Shown here: positions 1-7,419 of the stretch, in pieces | How the letters are laid out: each line of letters starts with the position of its first letter | Position numbering within the stretch: position 1 is the stretch's first letter | The notes under the pieces: model-generated | Seen by the model: only the letters and a program-made list of their open reading frames with translations | Database searches by the model: none | What the model was told of the DNA's origin: nothing | DNA from: a virus | Lineage: Duplodnaviria > Heunggongvirae > Uroviricota > Caudoviricetes | DNA: 9,493 bases | Reading direction: 5' to 3' (one strand) | Virus record (IMG/VR): IMGVR_UViG_2537561618_000014 | Made by a program: the position numbers and the translations under genes

Positions 1-87
1 ACTGAACAGCAGATTTACCGTCAGCTGACTGACGAGGTACTGGCCCTGCGATTGCCTGAAAACGGCTCACAACTGCACCATTCATAA
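1..87 (+). CDS. 3' end of an unidentified gene entering from the left edge (last 28 codons, ...TEQQIYRQLTDEVLALRLPENGSQLHHS*); partial
   Basis: Only frame 1 is open from the window edge to TAA at 85-87; the other two plus frames stop within about 30 nt. It converges on the minus-strand gene at 267-743. Product not recognised. Confidence 0.3.
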   Translation, partial: TEQQIYRQLTDEVLALRLPENGSQLHHS

Positions 88-121
88 TCACATCGCATAA
101 ACCACAGACCGGACTGACTCC

Positions 122-150
122 GGAAAAACAGAGGCCCGCCCCCGGGCCTC
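122..150 (-). terminator. Rho-independent terminator (minus strand) downstream of the 267-743 gene
   Basis: Perfect GC-rich palindrome GAGGCCCG-CCCC-CGGGCCTC at 131-150; on the minus strand it is followed by TGTTTTT (complement of the A-run at 124-128). Confidence 0.5.
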
Positions 151-266
151 CCCTGATTCATCCGTTTCCCTGTTCAGCCTGACAGCACGCCCCGGCTGCC
201 GGATGACAGACTCCGCTTCGGTAAGCAAAGCGGTCTTCTGTGATTCCGCCAGTTGCGGCTTATTCA

Positions 267-743
267 TTACTTAACGTCAAACGCCCGAATTGAAGCCAAA
301 TCATCCAGACTGCTCAGCTCCTCTTTCATCTCACGCTGACGGCGATAAATCTCATCGTTGCGATCGACCTGCGCCTGCACCATTGCTGCCGCCAGTTCTT
401 CCAGTTCCGGCATCGACAGTTTCACCTGCTGATTATCGGCATCGCTCCACGCCATATGTGTTTGTGCTGTGACAGATTTTGCCAGCATGACTACCGGGGA
501 CAGGCGGCCCAGTGAGTCGGCGCCAGCATTCCAGATACGACCGTTCCATTCAAACGTGAACGGCTTCGCCTCCTGTTCTGTGCGCCATGCTTCAATTTCC
601 TGACGTCTGGCCTCTCTGGCCGCTTCCAGCATTTCTGGTGTCACAGTGAATGGGGCTATCTCACCCCATTTGCCACTTTGCAGTTCCTGCCAGATTTGCT
701 GACCCGTCGGTGCGACATCATCAGCGGTGGCTGTGTAGGGAAC
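267..743 (-). CDS. Phage-associated protein, 5'-truncated by IS600; weak resemblance to tail-fibre-assembly-like proteins (WNG..W motif) but lacks the usual Tfa C-terminal signature
   Basis: Track ORF 267-644 (GTG at 644). The same frame stays open upstream to the IS600 boundary at 743/744 (...VPYTATADDVAPTGQQIWQELQSGKWGEIAPFTVTPEML...), so the gene continues into the insertion point and has lost its 5' end. Product assignment is tentative. Confidence 0.5.
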   Translation of the reverse strand, partial: VPYTATADDVAPTGQQIWQELQSGKWGEIAPFTVTPEMLEAAREARRQEIEAWRTEQEAKPFTFEWNGRIWNAGADSLGRLSPVVMLAKSVTAQTHMAWSDADNQQVKLSMPELEELAAAMVQAQVDRNDEIYRRQREMKEELSSLDDLASIRAFDVK

Positions 744-1645
744 TGAGGTGTACTGGCAATAGCGGACACTACCATTTGTCTTTTTTTAAGCAGCCATCTG
801 ATGATATTTTTCCCTGAAGGCTGCCGGGGAGATATTCCCCAGACGAGAGTGACGACGCTGACGATTGTAGAAAATCTCAATGTATTCCCGTATTACTGAG
901 ATGGCTTCATCCCGGTTATTAAAACGATAGTGGCTCAGGCTCTCATTTTTCAGCGTTCCCCAGAAGCTTTCCATCGGAGCGTTGTCGTAACAGTTACCTT
1001 TACGCGACATTGATGTTTTCAGACCAAACTGCTCCTGTATGACCCGGTAATCGTATGCGCAGTACTGTGAACCTCGATCAGAGTGGTGGATTAGCCCGGC
1101 AGGTGGGCGCTGGCTCCTGAGCGCCATAAACAGGGCTTTACCTGTCAGCTCTTTTGTCATGCGCTCTCCCATGGCGTAGCCGACAATTTCGCACGTATAA
1201 ACATCTTTGATGCCAGCGAGGTACAACCATCCCTCCTGTGTGGCAACATACGTCAGGTCCGCCACCCAGACCTGATTTGGTGCTGTAGGAGCGAACGTCT
1301 GGTTCAGCAGATTTGGCGCAACTGGCAGATTGTGGTTCGGGTTCGTAGTCGCTCTGAACTTGCGTTTCTGCTTACAGCGTAGCCTCAGCTCCTTACGAAG
1401 ACGTGCCAGTCGGTCACGACCAACGATGATGCCATTCTCTGCCAGCTCCGTCTGGAGCCGCCGGGTTCCATATGTTTCGCGAGTGCGGATATGTGCCACC
1501 TTAATCTCCAGTTTTAGCCGCTCATCACTTTGTTTTCTGTCTGAGGGTTCATGCTGTACCCAGTTGTAATAACCGCTCCTGGATACACCAAATACCTGAC
1601 ACATCGCTTCAATGGGAAATTGTTGTCGCCATTGTTCGATTAACG
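744..1645 (-). mobile_element. IS600 (IS3 family), truncated copy: right end plus orfB retained; orfA and left inverted repeat replaced by IS1
   Basis: Starts with the terminal repeat TGAGGTGTACTGGCAATAGCGGACACT at 744, the same sequence that starts the complete copy at 7770. Near-identical to 7770-8672 apart from a few substitutions and one indel. Homology stops at 1645 where IS1 begins. Confidence 0.85.
786..1604 (-). CDS. IS600 OrfB transposase catalytic region, orphaned (no orfA upstream)
   Basis: Track ORF 786-1820; residues from MCQVFGVSRSGYYNW onward match the second copy's OrfB (7813-8631) almost exactly. The first ~72 residues of the track ORF are read-through into IS1 and are not real. 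Without orfA and the frameshift site it is unlikely to make a functional OrfAB transposase. Confidence 0.85.
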   Translation of the reverse strand: MCQVFGVSRSGYYNWVQHEPSDRKQSDERLKLEIKVAHIRTRETYGTRRLQTELAENGIIVGRDRLARLRKELRLRCKQKRKFRATTNPNHNLPVAPNLLNQTFAPTAPNQVWVADLTYVATQEGWLYLAGIKDVYTCEIVGYAMGERMTKELTGKALFMALRSQRPPAGLIHHSDRGSQYCAYDYRVIQEQFGLKTSMSRKGNCYDNAPMESFWGTLKNESLSHYRFNNRDEAISVIREYIEIFYNRQRRHSRLGNISPAAFREKYHQMAA

Positions 1646-1700
1646 GGTAATGCTGCCAACTTACTGATTTAGTGTATGATGGTGATTTTAAGGTGCTTGC

Positions 1701-1976
1701 GTGGCTTCCATTTCCATCAGATGTCCTTCCTGCTCCGCTACTGAAGGCGTGGTGCGTAACGGCAAAAGCACTGCCGGACATCAGCGCTATCTCTGCTCTC
1801 ATTGCCGTAAAACATGGCAACTACAGTTCACTTACACCGCCTCTCAGCCCGGTACGCACCAGAAAATCATTGATATGGCCATGAATGGCGTCAGATGTCG
1901 CGCCAGTGCACGCATTATGGGCGTTGGCCTCAACACGGTTTTACGTCACTTAAAAAACTCAGGCCGCAGTCGGTAA
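1701..1976 (+). CDS. insA: IS1 InsA (transposition inhibitor / N-terminal part of the InsAB' transposase)
   Basis: 91-aa [38 protein letters not shown]..., the IS1 InsA family with zinc-finger-like cysteines. Confidence 0.9.
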   Translation: MASISIRCPSCSATEGVVRNGKSTAGHQRYLCSHCRKTWQLQFTYTASQPGTHQKIIDMAMNGVRCRASARIMGVGLNTVLRHLKNSGRSR

Positions 1977-2398
1977 CCTCGCGCATACAACCGGGCAGTG
2001 ATGTGATTGTCTGCGCTGAAATGGACGAACATTGGGGCTACGTCGGTGCTAAATCACGTCAGCGCTGGCTGTTTTACGCGTATGACAGGATACGGAGGAC
2101 GGTTGTGGCGCACGTCTTCGGGGAACGCACTCTGGCCACACTGGAGCGTCTTCTGAGCCTGCTGTCGGCCTTTGAGGTCGTGGTATGGATGACGGATGGC
2201 TGGCCGCTGTATGAATCACGCCTGAAGGGAAAGCTACACGTTATCAGCAAGCGTTACACTCAGCGCATTGAGCGACATAATCTGAATCTGAGACAACATC
2301 TGGCAAGGCTGGGACGGAAGTCACTGTCGTTCTCAAAATCGGTGGAGCTGCATGACAAGGTCATCGGGCATTATCTGAACATAAAACACTATCAGTAA
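1895..2398 (+). CDS. insB: IS1 InsB frame (expressed as InsAB' by -1 frameshift)
   Basis: 167-aa ORF in the -1 frame relative to insA and overlapping its 3' end; the standard IS1 arrangement. Confidence 0.85.
   Translation: MSRQCTHYGRWPQHGFTSLKKLRPQSVTSRIQPGSDVIVCAEMDEHWGYVGAKSRQRWLFYAYDRIRRTVVAHVFGERTLATLERLLSLLSAFEVVVWMTDGWPLYESRLKGKLHVISKRYTQRIERHNLNLRQHLARLGRKSLSFSKSVELHDKVIGHYLNIKHYQ
1952..1958 (+). other. IS1 -1 frameshift heptamer A AAA AAC
   Basis: AAAAAAC at 1952-1958, with AAA and AAC as zero-frame insA codons (...LKN...). This is the known IS1 slippery motif. Confidence 0.6.
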
Positions 2399-2458
2399 GT
2401 TGGAGTCATTACCAAGAAAGAGAAGGTAAAGAAGGTAAGTCCATACTGTCTCCACTAT

Positions 2459-2482
2459 AAAAAAACCGCCAATTTCTGGCGG
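2459..2482 (-). terminator. Rho-independent terminator (minus strand) of the exported-protein gene
   Basis: Stem CCGCCA / TGGCGG (2466-2471 / 2477-2482) with a 5-nt loop, followed on the minus strand by a T7 run (complement of the A-run at 2459-2465). It lies 9 bp past the stop codon at 2491. Confidence 0.65.
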
Positions 2483-2490
2483 CTTATATA

Positions 2491-2973
2491 TTAATCATCA
2501 TTAATATCTTTCATATTCAATTTGCAATTTTCGTAGGTCACTCCCGACTCGCCATTAACATTAACTCCAGCTCTGATATTCCCGTTTTCTTTTACATCTA
2601 CAAAAAACTGGCCTCTTGGCATCTTGAACGCAAATGTAAAACCAACAGTATCTGAATCAAAATCATCATCTTTATATATTGGGATCAAAAATGTCATCGT
2701 CGCTGGTGATGCATTGTTTGCAAAATCAAATACACCTATACTTTTGCCGAATTCATAAGAAGCTTTTCTCAATATAATCGCACCGCTGGCAGAAGGGGAT
2801 GGGCACGATATCCTCAGTTGTCTGAATCCATCTGTATCCAAGTCAACGTCATTATCTGCAGATGTTTTAACGTTACTAATAAATCGTGAAACAATCTCCT
2901 CATTTGTTAGTATTTTCGCCTGAGCACAGCAAGAGGTTAATATTGCAACCGTCATTAAAAATGGCTTTATCAC
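2491..2973 (-). CDS. Hypothetical exported protein or lipoprotein (160 aa), AT-rich, function unknown
   Basis: Track ORF with a GTG start at 2973 preceded by GGAG at 8-nt spacing. N-terminus MIKPFLMTVAILTSCCAQA has a basic residue, a hydrophobic core, a lipobox-like LTSC and an AQA signal-peptidase motif. Sampled 60-nt stretches are about 30-33% G+C by hand count, against about 60% in a sampled stretch of the adjacent tape measure gene. Own terminator downstream. Confidence 0.7.
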   Translation of the reverse strand: MIKPFLMTVAILTSCCAQAKILTNEEIVSRFISNVKTSADNDVDLDTDGFRQLRISCPSPSASGAIILRKASYEFGKSIGVFDFANNASPATMTFLIPIYKDDDFDSDTVGFTFAFKMPRGQFFVDVKENGNIRAGVNVNGESGVTYENCKLNMKDINDD

Positions 2974-3040
2974 AAAACAAACTCCATTGTTAGCATGTTA
3001 CGCGATAATTTTGCCTCATCTTTCACCACAAAAAAAGAAC

Positions 3041-4990
3041 TCACCTTTTAAATGGAGAATACCCAACATCATGGGTGATTTTCATAAAGGGATCGCCTGT
3101 TTTCGGCAAATCGATAACGCGCATTCCAGGCGGCGCGTTGTCAAACGTCACCTTAAGTTCGCTGCGGGTTGCCGGTGAAGATGCAAGGCTTAACAGCTGA
3201 TTCCTTTCCAGTGATACATTCGGGGTGTAGCGTTTATCGGGAGATAAATACCCATCACCACGTGGCATCTGCCATCCGGTCATGTCATAGACAAAATCAT
3301 GGAACTGTTTGCCCCACTCGTCGAACTTATCATTCAGACCAAATCCACTGTTCAGTGCATCAGCCACAAAATTTTTAACAAGCCAGGGATGTTCTTTTTC
3401 AAACTCCTGCGCCATCATGCCCAGTTCAAGCAATCCACCAATCAGACTGATCTTTCCGAGGCCCTTTAATTTCAGCCCTGTTTTTCCTGCCGCCGTTGTC
3501 CATTGATTCTGGGCGACTGTTGCCGCACGAATACTTGCCACCGCCTTCACACCAATATACAGGGCAGAAACCGTTGCTATTGTTTTTACTGCCTGTTCCC
3601 ATCCCCCCATTGCTCTGACAACCTGATCAACCTCCTGCCAGACTTTTTTCACAACCGGACCGACCGTTTCCCAGTTATCAATTATGAGATATGCACCACC
3701 GACGAGAAGCGCAATTAATCCCTTTGCCGGCGTCATATTCATCACGCTACCCATGATTTTTGTTATGCGTGTCAATGTGCCAATCGCCACGCCCATCGTC
3801 AGTAATGCCGCACCAGTTTTCGCGATGGTTTTTACGACCTCAGGATTTTCTCTGACAAACGTGCGCACTTCTTCCAGAAAAGGCTTCATCTCTTTTATGC
3901 CTTCATTGAGTGAAGGCAGGAAGGTTTCCCCCAGCGTGGAAGAAATCGCATTGATCTGGTTCTGCAGCAGCAACAACTGATTTTCTGTCGTCGCGGCACG
4001 GGCGGCATATTCTTTCTGCATTGAGCCGCCATACTGCTGCGCATCCGCCACACGATTAAAGTTGGTTCGCAACAAATCCAGATTCGTGAGCAGCGGCGCA
4101 ATGGCCCCCAGGGATTCCTTCCCGAACAGCGCTTTCAGCACAGCAGCCTGTTTTTCTTTCGGCACTTTTGCCAGAGAATCCAGTACGTGCAGCATGGCCC
4201 CGCGGGCGTCTTTCTGCATATCCGCCGCCAGTTTTTTCGGGCTAATGCGCAACGAGCGGAGCACTTTTTTCTGCGATTTGGTGGCAGAATCCCTCGCTGT
4301 CAGCGACAACATAAAATTCTTTATCCCCGTCGCAGCAATTTCTGACTCCACCCCCATTCCGGCAATGGTTGCCCCCATTGCGGCAATCTCTCCGGAGGCC
4401 ACACCCGCAACACTGCCTAAAGGGCCAATACGGGTCACAACATCAGAAATCTTTTTCGCACTTGCAGGACCGGTATTGCCAAGATAGTTAATCTTATCCG
4501 CAAGCCCTGCCACCTCTCCCTGTGTCAGTTTAAAGGCAGTGCGCCACTGCGCCATCATCTGACCGGATTCTTCTGCCGTGGTGTCAAAGGCCACGCCCAT
4601 CTTCACGGCATCGTCAGTAAACTGCATCAGCTCGTCACGGGCGATACCAGCCTGACCACCCGCCGCCACAATTTCGGCGATACCTTCCGCCGACATGGGC
4701 AGTTCTGTTGACAGGTCGCGCACCTGCTCCGTCATTGCCTTAAACGCTTCCGGCGTATCCAGACCATCCACCACTTTCCGGACATCCGCCATTTTTGATT
4801 CAAGGGCAATGGCAGATTTGACCGGGAGCGCCAGCGCCCCCAGTACTGCGGTTCCGGCACCCGCTGCGCCCAGTGACAGGCTGGCAAACTCCTTTTTAAA
4901 ACCTTTCAGCTGGCGCTGCATTCCCTTCAGCGGTGCCGATACCTTATCCACGGCAGTGATGATCGCCTTCAGCTGAAAACTGTCAGCCAT
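3041..4990 (-). CDS. Phage tail tape measure protein
   Basis: 649-aa ORF, Ala/Gly/Leu-rich with predicted helical stretches and hydrophobic segments, positioned immediately after the tail chaperone gene whose frameshift extension ends overlapping this ATG (ATGGCTGA). Confidence 0.85.
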   Translation of the reverse strand: MADSFQLKAIITAVDKVSAPLKGMQRQLKGFKKEFASLSLGAAGAGTAVLGALALPVKSAIALESKMADVRKVVDGLDTPEAFKAMTEQVRDLSTELPMSAEGIAEIVAAGGQAGIARDELMQFTDDAVKMGVAFDTTAEESGQMMAQWRTAFKLTQGEVAGLADKINYLGNTGPASAKKISDVVTRIGPLGSVAGVASGEIAAMGATIAGMGVESEIAATGIKNFMLSLTARDSATKSQKKVLRSLRISPKKLAADMQKDARGAMLHVLDSLAKVPKEKQAAVLKALFGKESLGAIAPLLTNLDLLRTNFNRVADAQQYGGSMQKEYAARAATTENQLLLLQNQINAISSTLGETFLPSLNEGIKEMKPFLEEVRTFVRENPEVVKTIAKTGAALLTMGVAIGTLTRITKIMGSVMNMTPAKGLIALLVGGAYLIIDNWETVGPVVKKVWQEVDQVVRAMGGWEQAVKTIATVSALYIGVKAVASIRAATVAQNQWTTAAGKTGLKLKGLGKISLIGGLLELGMMAQEFEKEHPWLVKNFVADALNSGFGLNDKFDEWGKQFHDFVYDMTGWQMPRGDGYLSPDKRYTPNVSLERNQLLSLASSPATRSELKVTFDNAPPGMRVIDLPKTGDPFMKITHDVGYSPFKR

Positions 4991-5410
4991 GCTTCATCTC
5001 CTCGTTAATGCGGACGGCCTCGGCTTCCAGTTCTGTAAACTGCGAAACAGCCACCCGTCGCAGCTCCAGTGGATTCAGTTTCCAGAACCAGGCAACATTG
5101 TAGAGTCGTTTCCGGAGGTGCTTCCCGTCTCCGACTGGGTAAAAAAACGCAGGATCTGCATGCTGGTCTTAAAAATATCCAGTTTTGCCATCTGCGCCGC
5201 CGATGAACACGGGATCCCCGCCAGCAACGGGATATATTTCAGTGCCACCTGGCTGTCCAGTTTAATACTGCCTTCACCGGAAATAATGAAAGGAAAACCC
5301 AGCGCCTCGATTTCGTCATACGTGGGCTCGCGCAACTCCAGCACATGCAGCATTTCGTTATGCGCTGTCACCGGTTTTTTTAAAACTATTTCTGTAACGT
5401 TCATTGCCAT
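4983..5410 (-). CDS. Predicted -1 frameshift fusion of the tail assembly chaperone (E+E'-like / G-T-like product)
   Basis: After a -1 shift at the T7 run, the frame reads ...RFF YPVGDGKHLRKRLYNVAWFWKLNPLELRRVAVSQFTELEAEAVRINEEMKHG* and stops at TGA 4985-4983, overlapping the tape measure ATG (4990-4988). Confidence 0.55.
5075..5410 (-). CDS. Phage tail assembly chaperone (P2 gpE / lambda gpG analogue), zero-frame product
   Basis: 111-aa ORF between the tube and tape measure genes. Its ATG overlaps the tube stop (TAATGG) and is preceded by GGAGGG. It contains an in-frame T7 slippery run near its 3' end. Confidence 0.8.
   Translation of the reverse strand: MAMNVTEIVLKKPVTAHNEMLHVLELREPTYDEIEALGFPFIISGEGSIKLDSQVALKYIPLLAGIPCSSAAQMAKLDIFKTSMQILRFFTQSETGSTSGNDSTMLPGSGN
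5141..5147 (-). other. Slippery heptamer T TTT TTT for programmed -1 ribosomal frameshifting in the tail chaperone gene
   Basis: Plus-strand A7 at 5141-5147 is T7 on the coding strand, in phase X XXY YYZ with zero-frame codons TTT TTT (F89 F90). Confidence 0.55.
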
Positions 5411-5765
5411 TACTGATACCCTCCCTCTTCGCCGTGGAATTCAAGATCTGCCGTGCCTTCTTCGGCATTATGATTAGCCTCTCCGTGCAGCCATGCCGCC
5501 GAAAGCACATACACCATGCCGTTTGCCAGCTCAGCGGTAATCGTCATCTGGTCTGAGGTGGTAATTTTGTCGACCGGAAAGTTTTTGGGCACTTTAAACG
5601 TGCCCTTAACGTAAGGTGACCGCCAGGTCTCCTTGTAATCCACATCCCCTGCCATGCCGACGATGTCATCCCGGACATTGGTGTTCATCGGCACTTCAAT
5701 GCCACCTGTCAGCGATAACTGCTGACCATCCACTTTAAAAAACAGGTTCCGGCGATCTTTGCCAT
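5410..5765 (-). CDS. Phage tail tube protein; apparent frameshift near the 5' end (possible pseudogene or homopolymer error)
   Basis: The track ORF 5410-5835 would start 70 nt inside the sheath gene with no Shine-Dalgarno. A well-placed ATG at 5765-5763 with GAGGAG 8 nt upstream overlaps the sheath stop (TAATG) but is in a different frame and stops after 18 codons. One extra T in the T6 run (plus-strand A6 at 5737-5742) would join it to the long frame, giving about 118 aa (MAKIAGTCFFKVDGQQLSLTGG...). Tube assignment is by size and position between sheath and chaperone. Confidence 0.7.
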
Positions 5766-7261
5766 TATGCTGACTCCTCTGAATACTGAAGACGGAACTG
5801 GTTAACCACCGCAAAGACACGTAACTGATTAACATAATCCGGCGGGAACAGCGTATTCAGTCGGTTCGGGTTATCTGCATCACGCTCAACTATCAGATAC
5901 TGTTTAAACAGATCGTAATTTTCCACAATACCGGCACGCTCCATCTGACGATATGTCGCCAGAAGTTCCCCTTTGATAACGGCAGGAGTGACAATCGCCT
6001 GCCCCGGACCAAAACGGGTACCATCATTTGCCAGCTTGTGACGTCCGTACTTGCTTGTGATGACCGATTTCAGTTTGCGAAGAACATATGCACTGGTATG
6101 CAGAGTTTCACTGTCCAGATAGCTGTTGTCTGCCACGCCATACGCATTCTTTTTGTAGGTGGTTACGGAACGCTGGATCTGCAACGTGCCGCCTTCCACA
6201 TAAGCCGTCGCCACGCCGTGAGATAAAAGGGTCTGCTGCTCTGTCATGATGAATCGCTTACCTTTCGGTGCCGGAAGCATCCCCACCAGCTCCCCCGTCT
6301 GTGTCGGACGGGCAGGATCATTCCGGATAAATACCGCTTCACGGGCAAGGCGACTGGCAACCAGTTCATCGACAGGCGACTGGGTTTCTTTTTCGTAACC
6401 GGCAAGCGTGATATGTTGCTGATTATGCATATCTCCGGCACCAACCAGCTCTGACAGCGTTCCCAGTTTTGCGGTATAGACATGCCCGTATAACTGGCGC
6501 GCATAACTCCAGCGACCGCTGCTGTCATTCATTTCGGTCATCATCATATTGATGGAGGCGGCATCGTTGAACGGCAGACCGATAAAGTCGAATGCCTCAT
6601 CGCCCATAGCAGCAACAGCGGCGGTAAGATCAGGCGCTCCGCTACCGGCAGCACCGACTTCCGTCACCACCCGAAGCCCTGCTGGCAAAATCTCACCACC
6701 ACCAGAACCATAATAATTCAGACAGACCGGTAACTCATTACCATACAGCCCCTTATGACGGGCAGTCAGCGTCACCACGCCTGCATCAGATGACGCCGTA
6801 AACGGCAGGGTGATAACCCCGTTTACCGCTTCCTTAATCGCGGTGGCAACCGCAGTGGCATCATCGCCATTCACCACAGGCACCTGTACACGGGAGCGCC
6901 CGACATACAGACTCAGGGTGCCGCTTTCCTCTGCTTCTCCGGCAACCGTCACCCTGACCGTCGCCGCCGCCCCTCTGGCTTCCGGTACTGCAATAACATA
7001 CAGTTCACCGAAAGGATCTGTCTGACGGTAGACTTCCACCATACGCGCCAGCTGGCTCCCCGCCCCACAAATCTGGCGGGCATAATCTGCCGATGGCATC
7101 AGCACCAGGCTGTTAACCTCAATGGCTGCATCGTTGCTGGCATGCCCGATCAGTAATGCAGGCGCGCTGGTCACCGCTGTATTTGCCGCAGAATTGTTCA
7201 TCTCGGCGTAGAACAACGGCACCAGCGTATTCGACGGAACAGTATTAAAACTTATCGTCAT
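5765..7261 (-). CDS. Phage contractile tail sheath protein
   Basis: 498-aa ORF, first gene of a sheath-tube-chaperone-tape measure cluster. Its size fits sheath proteins of Mu-like rather than P2-like phages. Its ATG at 7261 overlaps the stop of the small upstream ORF (ATGA). Confidence 0.85.
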   Translation of the reverse strand: MTISFNTVPSNTLVPLFYAEMNNSAANTAVTSAPALLIGHASNDAAIEVNSLVLMPSADYARQICGAGSQLARMVEVYRQTDPFGELYVIAVPEARGAAATVRVTVAGEAEESGTLSLYVGRSRVQVPVVNGDDATAVATAIKEAVNGVITLPFTASSDAGVVTLTARHKGLYGNELPVCLNYYGSGGGEILPAGLRVVTEVGAAGSGAPDLTAAVAAMGDEAFDFIGLPFNDAASINMMMTEMNDSSGRWSYARQLYGHVYTAKLGTLSELVGAGDMHNQQHITLAGYEKETQSPVDELVASRLAREAVFIRNDPARPTQTGELVGMLPAPKGKRFIMTEQQTLLSHGVATAYVEGGTLQIQRSVTTYKKNAYGVADNSYLDSETLHTSAYVLRKLKSVITSKYGRHKLANDGTRFGPGQAIVTPAVIKGELLATYRQMERAGIVENYDLFKQYLIVERDADNPNRLNTLFPPDYVNQLRVFAVVNQFRLQYSEESA

Positions 7262-7419
7262 GATTTTTTAGCCTTATCCTGTTTAACACGTACCACATCA
7301 CCCGCCGCTATACGGCGGAACCAGTAGCTGCTTTCTTCCACATTTCGCCCTTCGGAAGGCAAAAGGTCTCCACGGGCAGGGTCAGGAACCGACCGCCCTT
7401 TCAGGGGTTTCACAAACAT
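7258..7419 (-). CDS. Small hypothetical phage protein (53 aa), translationally coupled to the sheath gene
   Basis: ATG at 7419-7417 (MFVKPLKGRSVPDPARGDLLPSEGRNVEESSYWFRRIAAGDVVRVKQDKAKKS*); stop TGA 7260-7258 overlaps the sheath ATG. Below the 60-aa cutoff of the supplied track. Weak SD (AAGAG). Confidence 0.35.
   Translation of the reverse strand: MFVKPLKGRSVPDPARGDLLPSEGRNVEESSYWFRRIAAGDVVRVKQDKAKKS

Larger units (their letters stand above)
1646..2413 (+). mobile_element. IS1 (768 bp) insertion sequence
   Basis: Begins GGTAATGCTGCCAACTTACTGAT and ends ...ATCAGTAAGTTGGAGTCATTACC, matching the IS1 terminal inverted repeats as I recall them. Length is exactly 768 bp and it carries insA and insB. 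Flanking 9-mers (cgattaacg vs aagaaagag) are not a target-site duplication. Confidence 0.9.

Noticed and set aside
212-245. Hairpin CCGCTT-CGGTAAGCA-AAGCGG followed by TCTTCTGT on the plus strand
   Set aside because: Could be a weak plus-strand terminator for the converging gene ending at 87, but the T-tract is interrupted and the stem is short; left uncalled.
290-472. 60-aa plus-strand ORF
   Set aside because: Antisense to the better-supported minus-strand gene 267-743; proline/arginine-rich shadow frame.
656-880. 74-aa minus-strand ORF spanning the IS600 terminus (and its twin at 7626-7907)
   Set aside because: Both start MRFSTIVSVVTLVWGISPRQPSGKNIIRWLLKKR from inside the IS600 end and then run into different flanks. 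They are out of frame with the real flanking genes and are artefacts of the insertion junction.
1330-1569. 79-aa plus-strand ORF (and its duplicate at 8357-8596, plus 8639-8836)
   Set aside because: Antisense to IS600 orfB/orfA, present identically in both IS copies; not a known IS600 gene.
786-1820. 344-aa minus-strand ORF extending IS600 OrfB upstream
   Set aside because: Residues upstream of about 1604 are fortuitous read-through into the IS1 sequence (1646-2413); only the IS600-derived part is real.
1672-1884. 70-aa plus-strand ORF inside IS1
   Set aside because: Alternative frame overlapping insA; IS1 is known to encode insA and insB only.
2974-3040. Possible sigma70 promoter for the exported-protein gene in the 67-bp spacer
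   Set aside because: I can pick out -10-like hexamers (TAACAT, TATCGC) and a TTGTGG -35-like hexamer on the minus strand, but spacing and match are poor. Not enough to call without a promoter model or transcript data.
2987-3178. 63-aa plus-strand ORF across the tape measure 3' end
   Set aside because: Antisense to the tape measure stop region and the intergenic spacer; no RBS.
3169-4976. Several plus-strand ORFs (3169-3378, 3309-3506, 3503-3718, 3684-3980, 4062-4487, 4695-4976) and minus-strand 3895-4101
   Set aside because: All lie inside the tape measure gene, antisense or out of frame, and are Cys/Arg/Ser-rich low-complexity translations typical of shadow frames in GC-rich coding DNA.
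4989-5477. 162-aa plus-strand ORF
   Set aside because: Antisense to the tail chaperone and tube genes, with no RBS and no coherent gene context; a shadow ORF.
5410-5835. Track ORF giving a 141-aa tube protein starting at ATG 5835
   Set aside because: That start overlaps the sheath gene by 70 nt and has no Shine-Dalgarno. The RBS-supported ATG at 5765 is in another frame, so I call the tube 5410-5765 with a probable frameshift instead.
6038-7025. ORFs 6038-6226 (+), 6244-6528 (-), 6810-7025 (+)
   Set aside because: Embedded in the tail sheath gene in alternative frames or antisense; no independent start signals.
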